64,000 bases of DNA from an uncultured Acidobacteriota bacterium (GTDB lineage Bacteria; Acidobacteriota; UBA6911; RPQK01; JAPXNP01). Positions 49,652-60,090 of the stretch are shown piece by piece. The stretch spans positions 32,001-96,000 of the forward strand of contig CAVZRV010000007.1 in assembly GCA_963777605.1 (NCBI GenBank). Direction: 5' to 3'. Position 1 is the stretch's first letter; each line of letters opens with the position of its first letter. The notes under the pieces were generated by a model. The model did not search any database, had not been told where the DNA came from, and saw nothing but the letters and a program-made list of their open reading frames with translations. A program made the position numbers and the translations under genes.

Positions 49652-50983
49652 TCAATCGCGCACTTCTCCCACGAGATCATACTCGTGTCCTTCGGTAATC
49701 AAAACGTTCCGGATTTCGCCGGGACGCATCGACTCTGTGATTCCGTCATTTAAGTATACGACCCCGTCGATTTCCGGGGCCTGCGATGCCATCCGTCCCT
49801 CCCAGAGCAGGTCGGTCTCCCGGGAAGGACCCTCCAGGAGGACTGGGAACTCCCGGCCTACCAGGGCCCGGTTCCGCCGCCTCGATATTCCGGCCTGCAA
49901 AGTCATCAACTGGGAAAGACGCTCCTGATTTGTCCGCTCGTCGACCTTGCCGTCGAGAGCGTGGGACGCAGCATGTTCCTCGTCGGAATAGGTGAACGCA
50001 CCCAGTCGATCGAACTCGACCTCCGCCACGAACTCGCAGGTTTCCCGGAAGTCGGCTTCCGTTTCTCCAGGAAAACCGACAATCATGGTCGTGCGCAGGC
50101 TAACTCCCGGAATCTGGCGCCGGATTTTCTCAATCAACCGGGTGAGCGCCGCCCGGTTCCCTCCCCTTTTCATGCGCTTCAACACCTCTCGCGAAGCGCT
50201 CTGCAATGGCATGTCGATATACTTGCAAACCTTCGGGGAGTCCGCAATCGCGTCGAGCAAATCATTTGACACACTGTTCGGGTATGCATACAGAAAGCGG
50301 ATCCACTCAATGCCTTCAACCCGATCGAGCGCGCGCAGCAGGTCCGACAGGCGCGGACGCCCGGCCAGGTCATGACCATACATCGACGTATCCTGGCCAA
50401 TCAGGTTAATCTCCACGACACCCTGGTCGGCGAGGCGTTCGACCTCTCTCACGATGGACTCCGGTTCCCGGCTTCGAAACTGCCCGCGCATTTGGGGAAT
50501 CACGCAGAATGTGCAGGGATGATCGCACCCTTCGGCAACCTTCACATAGGCCGAGTGCGAGGGAGTCGCCAGAATCCGGAAATCGCTGTCAGAATAAAGG
50601 TAAAGCCCGTTCCCGGGCATCGTCGCCGGAGTGGCGGAAGGATCACAAGCCTCGAGGATTCGGGGGAGTTCGTTGGTCCCAATAACCACATCAACCTCCG
50701 GAATCTCCGCCAGGATCTCTTTCCGGTATCGCTCGACAAGACAACCGGCCACCACCAACCTCCTGCAGTTGCCAACCGTCTTGTAAGCCGCCATTTCGAG
50801 GATGGTGTTGATGGACTCTTCCTTGGCGGGATCAATGAACCCACAGGTATTGACGACGATTACGTCCGCGTCAGCCGGGGTTGCGGTGATCTCATGCCCG
50901 CCCCTTGAGAGCGTTCCGAGCATCACTTCGGTATCCACAAGGTTCTTGGGACACCCCAGACTTACAAATCCGATTTTGGCCAT
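49652..50983 (-). CDS. rimO: Ribosomal protein S12 methylthiotransferase
   Basis: [16 protein letters not shown], radical [23 protein letters not shown] domain. Confidence 0.97.
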   Translation of the reverse strand: MAKIGFVSLGCPKNLVDTEVMLGTLSRGGHEITATPADADVIVVNTCGFIDPAKEESINTILEMAAYKTVGNCRRLVVAGCLVERYRKEILAEIPEVDVVIGTNELPRILEACDPSATPATMPGNGLYLYSDSDFRILATPSHSAYVKVAEGCDHPCTFCVIPQMRGQFRSREPESIVREVERLADQGVVEINLIGQDTSMYGHDLAGRPRLSDLLRALDRVEGIEWIRFLYAYPNSVSNDLLDAIADSPKVCKYIDMPLQSASREVLKRMKRGGNRAALTRLIEKIRRQIPGVSLRTTMIVGFPGETEADFRETCEFVAEVEFDRLGAFTYSDEEHAASHALDGKVDERTNQERLSQLMTLQAGISRRRNRALVGREFPVLLEGPSRETDLLWEGRMASQAPEIDGVVYLNDGITESMRPGEIRNVLITEGHEYDLVGEVRD

Positions 50984-51132
50984 GAACACGCCATTATACC
51001 GAGGAAGCGTATCGAGGTTTCGGGGCCCGGGGAGGGAGCGTTCCGAGAACGGCCCGAACGCCTGATGCACCAGCGGCCTGAGATCCACCACGTCCGATGG
51101 GTCCGCTTCATCCAATCACTGGCTTCCGCGGT

Positions 51133-53211
51133 TCACCCCCGCGAAGATCTGAGTGTCCCCAGCGACTGATTCAGCCATCCCAATTCACCCGGCTGGAGGT
51201 GGAGGCTGCCGAATCGGCTCCGGTAGTAGAGGAGTACAATCTGCTCGGGTAGTGAACTTCCCGTCTCCTCACCCACCCGTCTCGAGAACTCCAGGGGAGT
51301 CTCCGAATTCTTCTTCGCAAACCCTTTCCTCCGGAGGATCTCGAGCAATTCCAGGTAGTAGTCCTCAGCGACCCGGGCGTCTATCCTGCGGCGGATCAGA
51401 AGGCTCCACGTCCGTCTCAGCAAGCGGCGGTAGCGGTAGAGCAGAAGGAGGCAGAGTCCGGCCGCCAGCAACATCCCCGCGAGGCGGAGCACCGGGCTCC
51501 CCAACCAGGCCGACAGCGGCAGCGAGGTCAGTCGATCGCCGGACAGTTTCTGGAACGAATTGCGGAAGTCGATCCATTGAAACTCCAGGCGCTCCCTCAT
51601 CAACTGGAAAAACCCGAACTGCTTGATCCGGTCGAACGTCACAACCTGGCTCCAGAGAAGATCCAGGGTGTCGAACAGGCGGCCGGTGACATCCAGAAAA
51701 TAGTTGCCGGCGTCGAGCCGGACTGCGGGAGTGGGATCGAAATCGATCCAACCGGCACCGGGAAAGTAGCCTTCCACCCAACTGTGGGCGTCCGACTGCC
51801 GAACGATGAAGTAATCCCCCCAGTCGTTGTACTCGCCCCGCCGGAAACCGTTGACGAGTCGGCTCGGGATCCCTTCAATCCGCAACATAACCGCGAGTGC
51901 GGTGGCGTAGTACTCGCAATGGCCTTCGTGGGTCCGGAGCAGGAAATCCGCCAGCGGGTCGTCCGCATTCCCGGATGGGTCGCGGAGGCTGTACCGGAAC
52001 GGTCCCCGGCGGAATGAACTCTCCAGCAACAACGCCTTCTGAATGGGAGCTGTCCCCTTTCCAGCGATCCGGTCCGCCATCCGACGGATGCGCGAGTCAA
52101 GCTCGGGGAGGTTCAGAAACCGGCGGCTGACCTCGTCCGGCACCCCCTTTCGGGGATCGATCCGCTGGATCTTTTCTCCCCGCGAAAAGAGGTCAGAATG
52201 GACATAATAGCGACTCGAGTCGGCCGGGCGCGGGCGCAGGAGAACCGACTCATTTTCATCCACCATGACATGAGCCGCCCGGCTCTGCAGTCCCGACAGT
52301 TGGACGATCGAGGGTGCTCCGAAAACGATCTCGGTGTATGGCTCGACGTAAAACGTCTGTTGAAGGAGGACTTCATCGAAACGACGCTGCTTGGCCAGCA
52401 CGTACCGCCCCCGGGCATCGGGTGCATGTTCGTCCCAACGCCGGCTCGTGTTCAACCAGGCTTTCCCATCAAAGCTGTCGAGGGCGATTCCGCGCCACTT
52501 CAAATTCTTCGGCACCGCTTCGAGCGGTCGATCCACTGCGACCCTCATGAAGACTTCCGGGTTGCCCAGGATTCTTCCCAGGTCGCCGAGCCGCACCGTC
52601 GTGGAGAAACCGGACAGACGTGACCCCGGACTCGAAAAAAAGTCCAGCGAACCGCGGGGCACCGCCAGAAAGATTGGTACCGCCAACACGCTCGTCAAAA
52701 GCGTAATCACTGCGGAAACCTGCAGGTAAGAGGAAAGCGAGAACACCGCGCGCGGGTTCTCGGCATAGGCCGACCGACTCTCGAAAAGTACCAGGTTGAG
52801 CACGCCGAGGAACACGAACAGGACGAGCATGACGAGGTAGCTCACCGACATGTTGAAGGTGGACGACACCAGGAGAAGAGCAAAGGACAGCAGGTAGATC
52901 AGCAGGTAGTCCCCGTCGCGCTCCCGGGTGAAGATCTTGAACAGGCCCAGGAGCAACAAGAGCCTGACCGCCGCACCGACCGGATCACCTCCGACAAAGA
53001 GGTCGAGCGTGAATGTCAGCACTCCCGCTGCAATGAAGAGTAATGCCCGGAAACGGCTCACGGAAAAAGGGCTGACAAAGATGCTGATAACGAGGCCCAG
53101 GAGGAACGCAGCGATAATCGGGGGCGCGGTCACACCCGCCGCAGCGACGGACAGAAACCCGACCAGCAACAACAGGTACGTCGCTGTCTCGAAAACCGTC
53201 TGAAACCTCAT
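51133..53211 (-). CDS. Membrane transglutaminase-like protein (TgpA family; DUF3488/DUF4129)
   Basis: TM region; GHCEYYA Cys, DAHSWVE His, WIDFDPT Asp; ETP.EF...YY..RFG. Confidence 0.92.
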   Translation of the reverse strand: MRFQTVFETATYLLLLVGFLSVAAAGVTAPPIIAAFLLGLVISIFVSPFSVSRFRALLFIAAGVLTFTLDLFVGGDPVGAAVRLLLLLGLFKIFTRERDGDYLLIYLLSFALLLVSSTFNMSVSYLVMLVLFVFLGVLNLVLFESRSAYAENPRAVFSLSSYLQVSAVITLLTSVLAVPIFLAVPRGSLDFFSSPGSRLSGFSTTVRLGDLGRILGNPEVFMRVAVDRPLEAVPKNLKWRGIALDSFDGKAWLNTSRRWDEHAPDARGRYVLAKQRRFDEVLLQQTFYVEPYTEIVFGAPSIVQLSGLQSRAAHVMVDENESVLLRPRPADSSRYYVHSDLFSRGEKIQRIDPRKGVPDEVSRRFLNLPELDSRIRRMADRIAGKGTAPIQKALLLESSFRRGPFRYSLRDPSGNADDPLADFLLRTHEGHCEYYATALAVMLRIEGIPSRLVNGFRRGEYNDWGDYFIVRQSDAHSWVEGYFPGAGWIDFDPTPAVRLDAGNYFLDVTGRLFDTLDLLWSQVVTFDRIKQFGFFQLMRERLEFQWIDFRNSFQKLSGDRLTSLPLSAWLGSPVLRLAGMLLAAGLCLLLLYRYRRLLRRTWSLLIRRRIDARVAEDYYLELLEILRRKGFAKKNSETPLEFSRRVGEETGSSLPEQIVLLYYRSRFGSLHLQPGELGWLNQSLGTLRSSRG

Positions 53212-54488
53212 AGCGCCAGGTAATCCACTACCGGGACCCCCTCGAAGTGAAGACCGGGCCCCGCAGCAAAAACGACCGAACCCCTGCCGACCCGGTTCGG
53301 GTCGATCAGGAACCGTTCGGCCGGTTGAACCCAGGAGAGGTAGTCCATCAGCGAGTCCACTCCTTCGCGAGTACCGTTAACCACGGTTTCGAACTCCCCC
53401 GAGTAGAACGAGAAAGACAGTCCCCGGTCGGCATAGTACCGAGACAGCGAAGCGATGCAGGACAGCGCTCGCTCAAATCCGGCGAGCGATTCCGAGTCGC
53501 CCTTTCCGAGGTAGGAGGAGAAGACCAACTGGAGCATCTCGTCCCGTTCCTCGATGAACTCCTTGACCATCAGCCGGGACAGCTTTGCGGTGGATTTCCA
53601 GTGGATGTGACGGGAATCGTCTCCTCGCTGGTAGTCCCGGATGTTGTAAAGCCCGCTCCCAAAGCCGCGCCGGTTCATGACGTCGGGACCCTGCAGAAAG
53701 GGGTACCGGCGAATCAGGGGACGCGGATCGATCAAGGCCGGGTAGATTGTGATCTTGCCTTCGGCCTCAACATCACGCCCACGATAGAAGAATCCGAACG
53801 GAAACTTGGTGCGGACCTCGAAGCCTTTTATGATCAGCACCCCGCGCCTGGCGAACGACGACTCCAGTCTCGTCGTCAGGGAAGTCCCGGCACCCAGGTA
53901 GGGGAAATGCTTCTCCGTCGTGAAAAAGTCACTGACCTCGCGGGGACAATCTCCCCTCCCTTTGAGCCCGAGAGCAAATGATGGAATTCTGCGCTTCTGG
54001 TTGTAGAGTGTCAGGAAGGCGACTGCCCTCTGACCCGCGTGAATTGCATCCGGCAGGGCCAACGTAACCCGCAGCCCGTGCAGTACCAGGTTGGATACCA
54101 TTCCCGAAACGAGCAGGGCCGCCAGCAGGAAGGAGAGGATCAGGACCAACAGGTTATTGCCGGAGTTCAGCGTCGCCATCGCGATTAGAAGCAACAGAAA
54201 CAGGAAAAGCCCTCCCCGTGCCGTGACCCGGAACAACCGGATACTGCCCCAGTACTCGACATTGACCCTTCGAAGCAGTCTCGGAACAAACCATGCAGCG
54301 ACAAACCCGGCCGTCGCCAGAGCAAGCACGGCGATTGTAATCGCGGCAGCCGAGCGTCCCGCGTGACGCAGGAATGTGCTCGCCAGGGCAAGTGACAAAG
54401 CCAGCAGCAGGAGGAGGAGCGCGCCAGCGAACTCGCGTACCGCCGGCGTCCAGAATATCCCTCGGGCAACCGACGATTGATCCGCCAT
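53208..54488 (-). CDS. DUF58 domain membrane protein
   Basis: NSGNNLL, FPFGFF, IRDYQRGDDSRHIHWKSTAK, MVKEF. Confidence 0.9.
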   Translation of the reverse strand: MADQSSVARGIFWTPAVREFAGALLLLLLALSLALASTFLRHAGRSAAAITIAVLALATAGFVAAWFVPRLLRRVNVEYWGSIRLFRVTARGGLFLFLLLLIAMATLNSGNNLLVLILSFLLAALLVSGMVSNLVLHGLRVTLALPDAIHAGQRAVAFLTLYNQKRRIPSFALGLKGRGDCPREVSDFFTTEKHFPYLGAGTSLTTRLESSFARRGVLIIKGFEVRTKFPFGFFYRGRDVEAEGKITIYPALIDPRPLIRRYPFLQGPDVMNRRGFGSGLYNIRDYQRGDDSRHIHWKSTAKLSRLMVKEFIEERDEMLQLVFSSYLGKGDSESLAGFERALSCIASLSRYYADRGLSFSFYSGEFETVVNGTREGVDSLMDYLSWVQPAERFLIDPNRVGRGSVVFAAGPGLHFEGVPVVDYLAL

Positions 54489-54617
54489 CACAACCACTCC
54501 ACGGATCGCGCCTTCATACCCGACTATTCTACTATCCCCCATCGGGAGGAAGAACCGGGAGCGGCATCCGAAGAGCCCTGAAAGGCGCTTCGGGACAGAT
54601 TAAGGGGATCGGTTTTC

Positions 54618-55580
54618 CTATTGCGGTATAGCGATCTCTTCGACCAGTTCCCGGATCACCAACTCCGCTTCCTCGCTGACCTGCAAAGGGCTGGCCAGGC
54701 GGGAACTCACCACCACCCGGTGGGCGAGAACGGGCACCGCCAGACTCTTGAAGTCATCAGGAGTGCAGTAATCCCGCCCCCTCAGGAATGAGAGCGCCTG
54801 GGCAGCGCGAAACAGGGACATGGCACCGCGCGGGCTCACTCCCAACTCGAGCAGGTGATGCTCCCGGGTGGCCTGGACGACCTTCATCAGGTAGTCGAGG
54901 AGCGATTCATCCACGCGTACCATTTCGACCTGGTTCTGAGCTTCGAGGATCTCCTCGACAGTGACCGCCGGCGTCAAACGCTCGGCCGCACGGTAGCTGA
55001 TCCCGGAGCGCAGAATCTCCTTCTCATCCTCGGCTCCGGGGTAGCCCATCCGGATGCGCATCAGAAACCGGTCGAGCTGGGATTCAGGTAGAGGATAGGT
55101 GCCGTGATGCTCGATCGGATTCTGTGTGGCGATTACAACGAACGGATTGGGAAGCGGATAAGTCCGATCCTCAACCGAGACGTTGCCCTCGCTCATGGCC
55201 TCGAGAAGCGCACTCTGTGTCTTCGGAGTGGTGCGGTTGATCTCGTCGGCCAGAACCACATTGGCAAAGAGAGGTCCCCTCCTGAATTCAAACCGGCCGG
55301 TCGCCTGGCTGTAAATCGAGACCCCGGTGAGGTCGGACGGCAACAGATCGCTGGTGAACTGAATCCGGTGGAACGTGCAGTCGAAAGACCGTGCCAGGGC
55401 GTAGGCCAAGGTGGTCTTCCCCACGCCTGGAACATCCTCGATGAGGACGTGTCCCCGCGAGAGAAGAGTGACGATCGCCAACTCAACCGCTTCCCGCTTT
55501 CCCTTGATCACGCTCTCAACGGACTGCCGGAGGACCTGGACCTTTTGCGCCGACGGATTTTCGACCGTGTCAAACTCCAT
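54618..55580 (-). CDS. MoxR family AAA+ ATPase
   Basis: EDVPGVGKT, RIQFTSDLLPSD, DEINR..PKTQSALLEAM, ATQNP, PLPESQLDRF. Confidence 0.95.
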   Translation of the reverse strand: MEFDTVENPSAQKVQVLRQSVESVIKGKREAVELAIVTLLSRGHVLIEDVPGVGKTTLAYALARSFDCTFHRIQFTSDLLPSDLTGVSIYSQATGRFEFRRGPLFANVVLADEINRTTPKTQSALLEAMSEGNVSVEDRTYPLPNPFVVIATQNPIEHHGTYPLPESQLDRFLMRIRMGYPGAEDEKEILRSGISYRAAERLTPAVTVEEILEAQNQVEMVRVDESLLDYLMKVVQATREHHLLELGVSPRGAMSLFRAAQALSFLRGRDYCTPDDFKSLAVPVLAHRVVVSSRLASPLQVSEEAELVIRELVEEIAIPQ

Positions 55581-55593
55581 TTCCACTACTCTA

Positions 55594-56613
55594 CTAAAAC
55601 AGTGCGCCCTGTCCCCCTTCAAGGTTGCGATACCCGAAATGCTCACAGGCCCGGCGGGTCACCGTGCGCCCCCGGGGGGTCCGGTTCAGGAAGCCGATCT
55701 GAATCAGATAAGGTTCATAGATGTCCTCGATGGCATCCTTCTCTTCGCTGATCGCCGCCGAGATCGTTCCCAGGCCGACGGGTCCGCCGCCAAACTTCTC
55801 GATGATCGTGGAGAGCAGCTTGCGATCGACTTCGTCGAAACCGAACCGGTCAACTTTCATCAACTCGAGCGCCTCGCACGCGATTTCGGAGGTGATCTTC
55901 CCGTCCGCCTTGACCTGGGCGTAGTCCCGAACCCGTCGAAGCAGCCGATTCGCGATTCTCGGTGTCCCCCGGCAACGCCCAGCCACTTCCCGCGCTCCGG
56001 CCTCGTCAATCGCCACGCCAAGGATCGAGGCTGATCTCCGGGCGATCCAGGTCAGGCTTTCCACGTCGTAGAAATCGAGACGCTGGATGATGCCGAATCT
56101 GGCGCGTAGCGGAGAGGTCAGCAGCCCGGTACGCGTCGTGGCGCCGATCAGGGTAAACGGCGGGACGTCGATTTTGATCGAACGGGCCCCCGGGCCCTCA
56201 CCGATAATGATGTCAATCTGAAAGTCTTCCATCGCCGGGTAGAGAATCTCTTCCACTGCCGGATGAAGACGGTGAATCTCGTCGATGAAGAGGACGTCAC
56301 TTTCGTTGAGGTTGGTCAGTATTGCCGCGAGGTCTCCCCGCTTTTCAATCGCCGGCCCCGACGTCGACCGGAAGTTCACGTTCAGTTCGTTGGCGACGAT
56401 CTGGGCAAGGGTGGTCTTTCCCAGGCCGGGAGGGCCAAAGAAGAGAACGTGGTCAAGAGCTTCCTGCCGCTGCAGCGCAGCCTCGATCCCAATTCCAAGA
56501 TTGGCCCGGACGCTGTCCTGCCCTACGAAATCGGCGAGCTTCTTCGGACGAAGGCTGTTTTCGAACGCATTCTCGTCATCACGATGGACCGGGCTGACGA
56601 TTCGTTCTTCCAT
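55594..56613 (-). CDS. ruvB: Holliday junction helicase RuvB
   Basis: [49 protein letters not shown]. Confidence 0.98.
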   Translation of the reverse strand: MEERIVSPVHRDDENAFENSLRPKKLADFVGQDSVRANLGIGIEAALQRQEALDHVLFFGPPGLGKTTLAQIVANELNVNFRSTSGPAIEKRGDLAAILTNLNESDVLFIDEIHRLHPAVEEILYPAMEDFQIDIIIGEGPGARSIKIDVPPFTLIGATTRTGLLTSPLRARFGIIQRLDFYDVESLTWIARRSASILGVAIDEAGAREVAGRCRGTPRIANRLLRRVRDYAQVKADGKITSEIACEALELMKVDRFGFDEVDRKLLSTIIEKFGGGPVGLGTISAAISEEKDAIEDIYEPYLIQIGFLNRTPRGRTVTRRACEHFGYRNLEGGQGALF

Positions 56614-57209
56614 CAGTTCGACATCTCTTTCAGGGCCTGCTTCAAGAGCGCTTCAAAGCTCTCGGTTTGTCCCGCCCTCAACAACTTCGAAATCGCCGAC
56701 TCGGCCTTGGCCCGCTGGTACCCAAGATTGACCAGTGCTGAAACCACGTCCCGTCCCAGCCCACCATCCACCGGCCCGATTGACCCGGGCCCAGCCTCGG
56801 GGACCAACTGGGAAATTTTGTCCTTCAACTCGAGCGCAATCCGCTCGGCCGTCTTCTTGCCGACACCCGGGATCGAGGAGAGTCGGGCTACGTCCTTGGC
56901 CGAAATCGCAACGCTGAGTTCTTCAACCGGCAACCCCGACAGGATCGTGATCGCCAGCCGGGGCCCGATCCCCGTCACCTGGAGCAGGAGCAGAAACATC
57001 TGCCGTTCCTGGACGGTCAAGAACCCGAACAGGCCCAGGAAGTCCTCCCGAACATGAGTATAAGTCTTGAGGACGACTTCGCTGCCGATGTCCCCAAGTT
57101 CGTAGTAGGTCGAGAAAGGAATGGCGATGTCGTAACCGACGCCGTGTACATCCACGATCACTCGGTCCGCCGCCTTGTGGGCCAGGATCCCTCGAATCTG
57201 GGCAATCAT
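56613..57209 (-). CDS. ruvA: Holliday junction binding protein RuvA
   Basis: [41 protein letters not shown]. Confidence 0.97.
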   Translation of the reverse strand: MIAQIRGILAHKAADRVIVDVHGVGYDIAIPFSTYYELGDIGSEVVLKTYTHVREDFLGLFGFLTVQERQMFLLLLQVTGIGPRLAITILSGLPVEELSVAISAKDVARLSSIPGVGKKTAERIALELKDKISQLVPEAGPGSIGPVDGGLGRDVVSALVNLGYQRAKAESAISKLLRAGQTESFEALLKQALKEMSN

Positions 57210-57255
57210 TCGCTTCCGATTATATGCTAGCGCCCTGAGTCTGAAGCTCGGCACA

Positions 57256-59361
57256 CTAGCGGGGTGTGGAATCCGGCAGGCCTCCGTCAATGGGAATGGT
57301 CGCGCCGGTGGTTGGTGTCTCCCGCAACAGGAAGAAAACCACCGCGTTGGCGACGTGCCGCGCCGTCACCTTTATCTTCAGCAGGTTGCGCTCCCGGTAG
57401 TACTCCTGCAGCGCATTCTCATCGAGCCCCCTGGCCCGCATCCGGTCCGGGCCTACTTCGGCCCACAATCCCGATTTGAACTGGCCTTCACCAAAGATTG
57501 CATCGGGAGAAACCATGTTCACGCGGACGCCTTCGGAGGCCAGTTCCAGGCTGGCAATCCGGGCCAGTTGATGAGCCGCTGCCTTGGTCGCGCTGTAGGC
57601 GCCAAACCGGGCTCCGGGCGCAAAAACGTTCTTGGTCGAGACGAGAACGATGTCCCCCCCGATTCCCTGGCGAGGAAAGAAACGGGCAGCTTCAGCCAGT
57701 ACCGTCAACGTCCCTTCCGTGTTCACCCGCTCCAGAAGGCGAAAGCGTTCCAGTTCCATTTCAGCCAGAGAGGACACCATCGCCATCCCGGCATTCGGGA
57801 TGACGAAATCCACACCTCCCCAGGTTCCCGCTGCCTCGCCGAAGGCCTCGGCGACCGATGCCGGGTCGGTGACGTCCATCCGGATTCCCACGACCCGATC
57901 ACCGAACCGGCAACGAAGGTCGGCTACGAGTGCCTCCAGCCGCTCCTCTGAGATGTCGGTCGCCGCCACCTGGCACCCTTCTTCGAGCAGGCGTTCACAG
58001 ATCCCGGCCCCGATGGCGCCCGCCGCCCCGGTGACCAGAGCCACGTTGCTTCCCATCGCGGAGCCGTCGCCTTTGATCTTGGCCAACTGAAGCCCGCGAA
58101 ACTCCATGTCGAGCAACTGCTTCGCCTCGAGGCCCTCGTAAGTTCCCCCGGTGGCTTTGATGCGCGCCTTGATTTGGATCGACTGCCGGGTGATGTCGCG
58201 GCAAATCTGGGCTTCCCGGAGGTTTGGCCCGGCACAGACAGCTCCCATGCCGGGAACCAGGAGCACGCGCGGAGATGGATCGAAACTCTCCAGTGGAACC
58301 CCCGAGTCCAACGCGACCTTCCCCGCGTAAGCCCGGTACTCGTCTTCGTATCGGGAGACCTGCTCGTTGACCTGGGAGCGAAACCGATCGGGATCCTCGA
58401 ACGCCGGACTGTCGATCCAAAGTGGGTATGCCTTGGTCCGGATCAGGTGGTCCGAGGTCACCGCGGGCGTCAAAGCAGCCTCGCGAAAGCCCTCCGAGCC
58501 GATCGCGGACAACACGGACTCTTCGATCAGGGGCAACAGGACAGCGGGACGTATGGGCCGATCTGGATTTCCCGTTGGGCGAGCCAGCCGGCCACGAATG
58601 ACCGGCGCCAAACGTCGGAACCGGTCCCAGGCCGCATCCAGTTCCGTTGGTGTCACGCTGACGGATGCCCCACTCTTCGAATCGAGGAAACGCTCGGCAC
58701 GATCGACGGCCTCGATCATCCGTTCATAGGACTCCCGGGCAGTCCTTCCCCAGGTCACGACCCCGTGACGAAGCCATACGATGCCCCGGCTGTCGGGCGT
58801 CCTTCGATAAGCCTCGGCAGTGGCTTTGGCAAGTTCGAAACCAGGCTCGACGTAGTCCAAAACGAGGTACTTCGACCCAAGCGCCTCTTCGACCATGCTC
58901 CGCCCGTCAACCCGATTGCCAAGAGCCAGAATGGCGTCGGCGTGGCTGTGATCCAAGAAGGTTTCAGGGATGAACGCGTGCGCCAGTGCTTCGATGGACG
59001 GGTTGGCCGACCGGTAGTCGAGGAGCCTGGCGCGCACCTGGCGCACCATTTCCTCGTCCGAAAGTTCCGGGAGCGACTCGAGCCGTTGGAGAGCCGCCAG
59101 TTCGAGGCCCGAATGACCATCCGGCTCAATGGATGCCAGGTCGTAGCCGGATGCCTTCACGAAGATCGCCTCCCGGGGTTCGCCGAAAATGTCCTTCACC
59201 CGGATCTTGACCGACGTATTTCCCCCGCCGTGGAGAACCAGGCTGGGATCGGCGCCGATGAGACGGGCGGAGTAGGTCCGCAGAGCCAACTCTTCTCCCC
59301 AAACCTCCTGATATTGGCTTACGAGACCGGCGGCAACCTGGTCGGACCACAGACTCTTCAC
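57256..59361 (-). CDS. Bifunctional class II aldolase / short-chain dehydrogenase (RhaD/RhaEW-like)
   Basis: HGGGNTSVK, KASG, PSIE..H, DHSH, LRHG; SDR TGAAGAIG, NAG, YSATK. Confidence 0.9.
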   Translation of the reverse strand: MKSLWSDQVAAGLVSQYQEVWGEELALRTYSARLIGADPSLVLHGGGNTSVKIRVKDIFGEPREAIFVKASGYDLASIEPDGHSGLELAALQRLESLPELSDEEMVRQVRARLLDYRSANPSIEALAHAFIPETFLDHSHADAILALGNRVDGRSMVEEALGSKYLVLDYVEPGFELAKATAEAYRRTPDSRGIVWLRHGVVTWGRTARESYERMIEAVDRAERFLDSKSGASVSVTPTELDAAWDRFRRLAPVIRGRLARPTGNPDRPIRPAVLLPLIEESVLSAIGSEGFREAALTPAVTSDHLIRTKAYPLWIDSPAFEDPDRFRSQVNEQVSRYEDEYRAYAGKVALDSGVPLESFDPSPRVLLVPGMGAVCAGPNLREAQICRDITRQSIQIKARIKATGGTYEGLEAKQLLDMEFRGLQLAKIKGDGSAMGSNVALVTGAAGAIGAGICERLLEEGCQVAATDISEERLEALVADLRCRFGDRVVGIRMDVTDPASVAEAFGEAAGTWGGVDFVIPNAGMAMVSSLAEMELERFRLLERVNTEGTLTVLAEAARFFPRQGIGGDIVLVSTKNVFAPGARFGAYSATKAAAHQLARIASLELASEGVRVNMVSPDAIFGEGQFKSGLWAEVGPDRMRARGLDENALQEYYRERNLLKIKVTARHVANAVVFFLLRETPTTGATIPIDGGLPDSTPR

Positions 59362-60086
59362 AGCGACCCCCTTCCCGCCCGCAGGGCGTCCAGCATGAAC
59401 CGGGCGTTTTCGCTCACTGCCTTCCCGTCGAACACCGCACTACCCGTCACCACCAGGTCCACTCCCCAGGTCGCGACTTCGTCAATGTTATTTCGCGTGA
59501 TCCCGCCATCCACACAGATCAATGGTTCCAGTCCGCTTCGGAGGGCCAGTTCGCGCACGGCATCGACCCGTCTTCGGGTGGTCCCAACCATCGATTGTCC
59601 ACCCCAACCCGGATTGATGCCCAGCACGGTGACCATTTCGACCTGTTCCAAGAGAGGGTCCAGCACTTCGATCGGAGTGCCCGGGTTGAGGGCGACTCCA
59701 CGAACCGGTTTCTGGCCGCCATCACCGGTGCCGGCGGTCGTGAGGGACTGCAGAACCCGGTGAACGTGGCTGCCACACTCGACGTGGAAAGTCAGGATGT
59801 CGGCACCGGCCGCAACGTACTGCCCGACCTTGACTAAAGGATCGTCGATCATCAAGTGAACGTCCTTGAGATACCCGTCCGCCCGGAAGGCTTTGATAAA
59901 AGGCGGCCCCACCGTCATCATGGGGCAAAAACAGCCGTCCATAACGTCGAAATGGAGAATCTCAACTCCGGTTCCGTCGAGTTTCTCGACCTCGGAACCG
60001 AGTTGCATCAGATCCGCCGTCAACACCCCCACGCTAATGGTGGGGACCATCTTCTTCAGTCTGTCCAGCACAGACGGGTCGCTCAT
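59358..60086 (-). CDS. Ribulose-phosphate 3-epimerase family protein (LsrE-like)
   Basis: HFDVMDG, DVHLM, FHVE, NPGTP, NPGWGGQ, VDGGI, VTGSAVF. Confidence 0.88.
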   Translation of the reverse strand: MSDPSVLDRLKKMVPTISVGVLTADLMQLGSEVEKLDGTGVEILHFDVMDGCFCPMMTVGPPFIKAFRADGYLKDVHLMIDDPLVKVGQYVAAGADILTFHVECGSHVHRVLQSLTTAGTGDGGQKPVRGVALNPGTPIEVLDPLLEQVEMVTVLGINPGWGGQSMVGTTRRRVDAVRELALRSGLEPLICVDGGITRNNIDEVATWGVDLVVTGSAVFDGKAVSENARFMLDALRAGRGSL

Positions 60087-60090
60087 TGGA

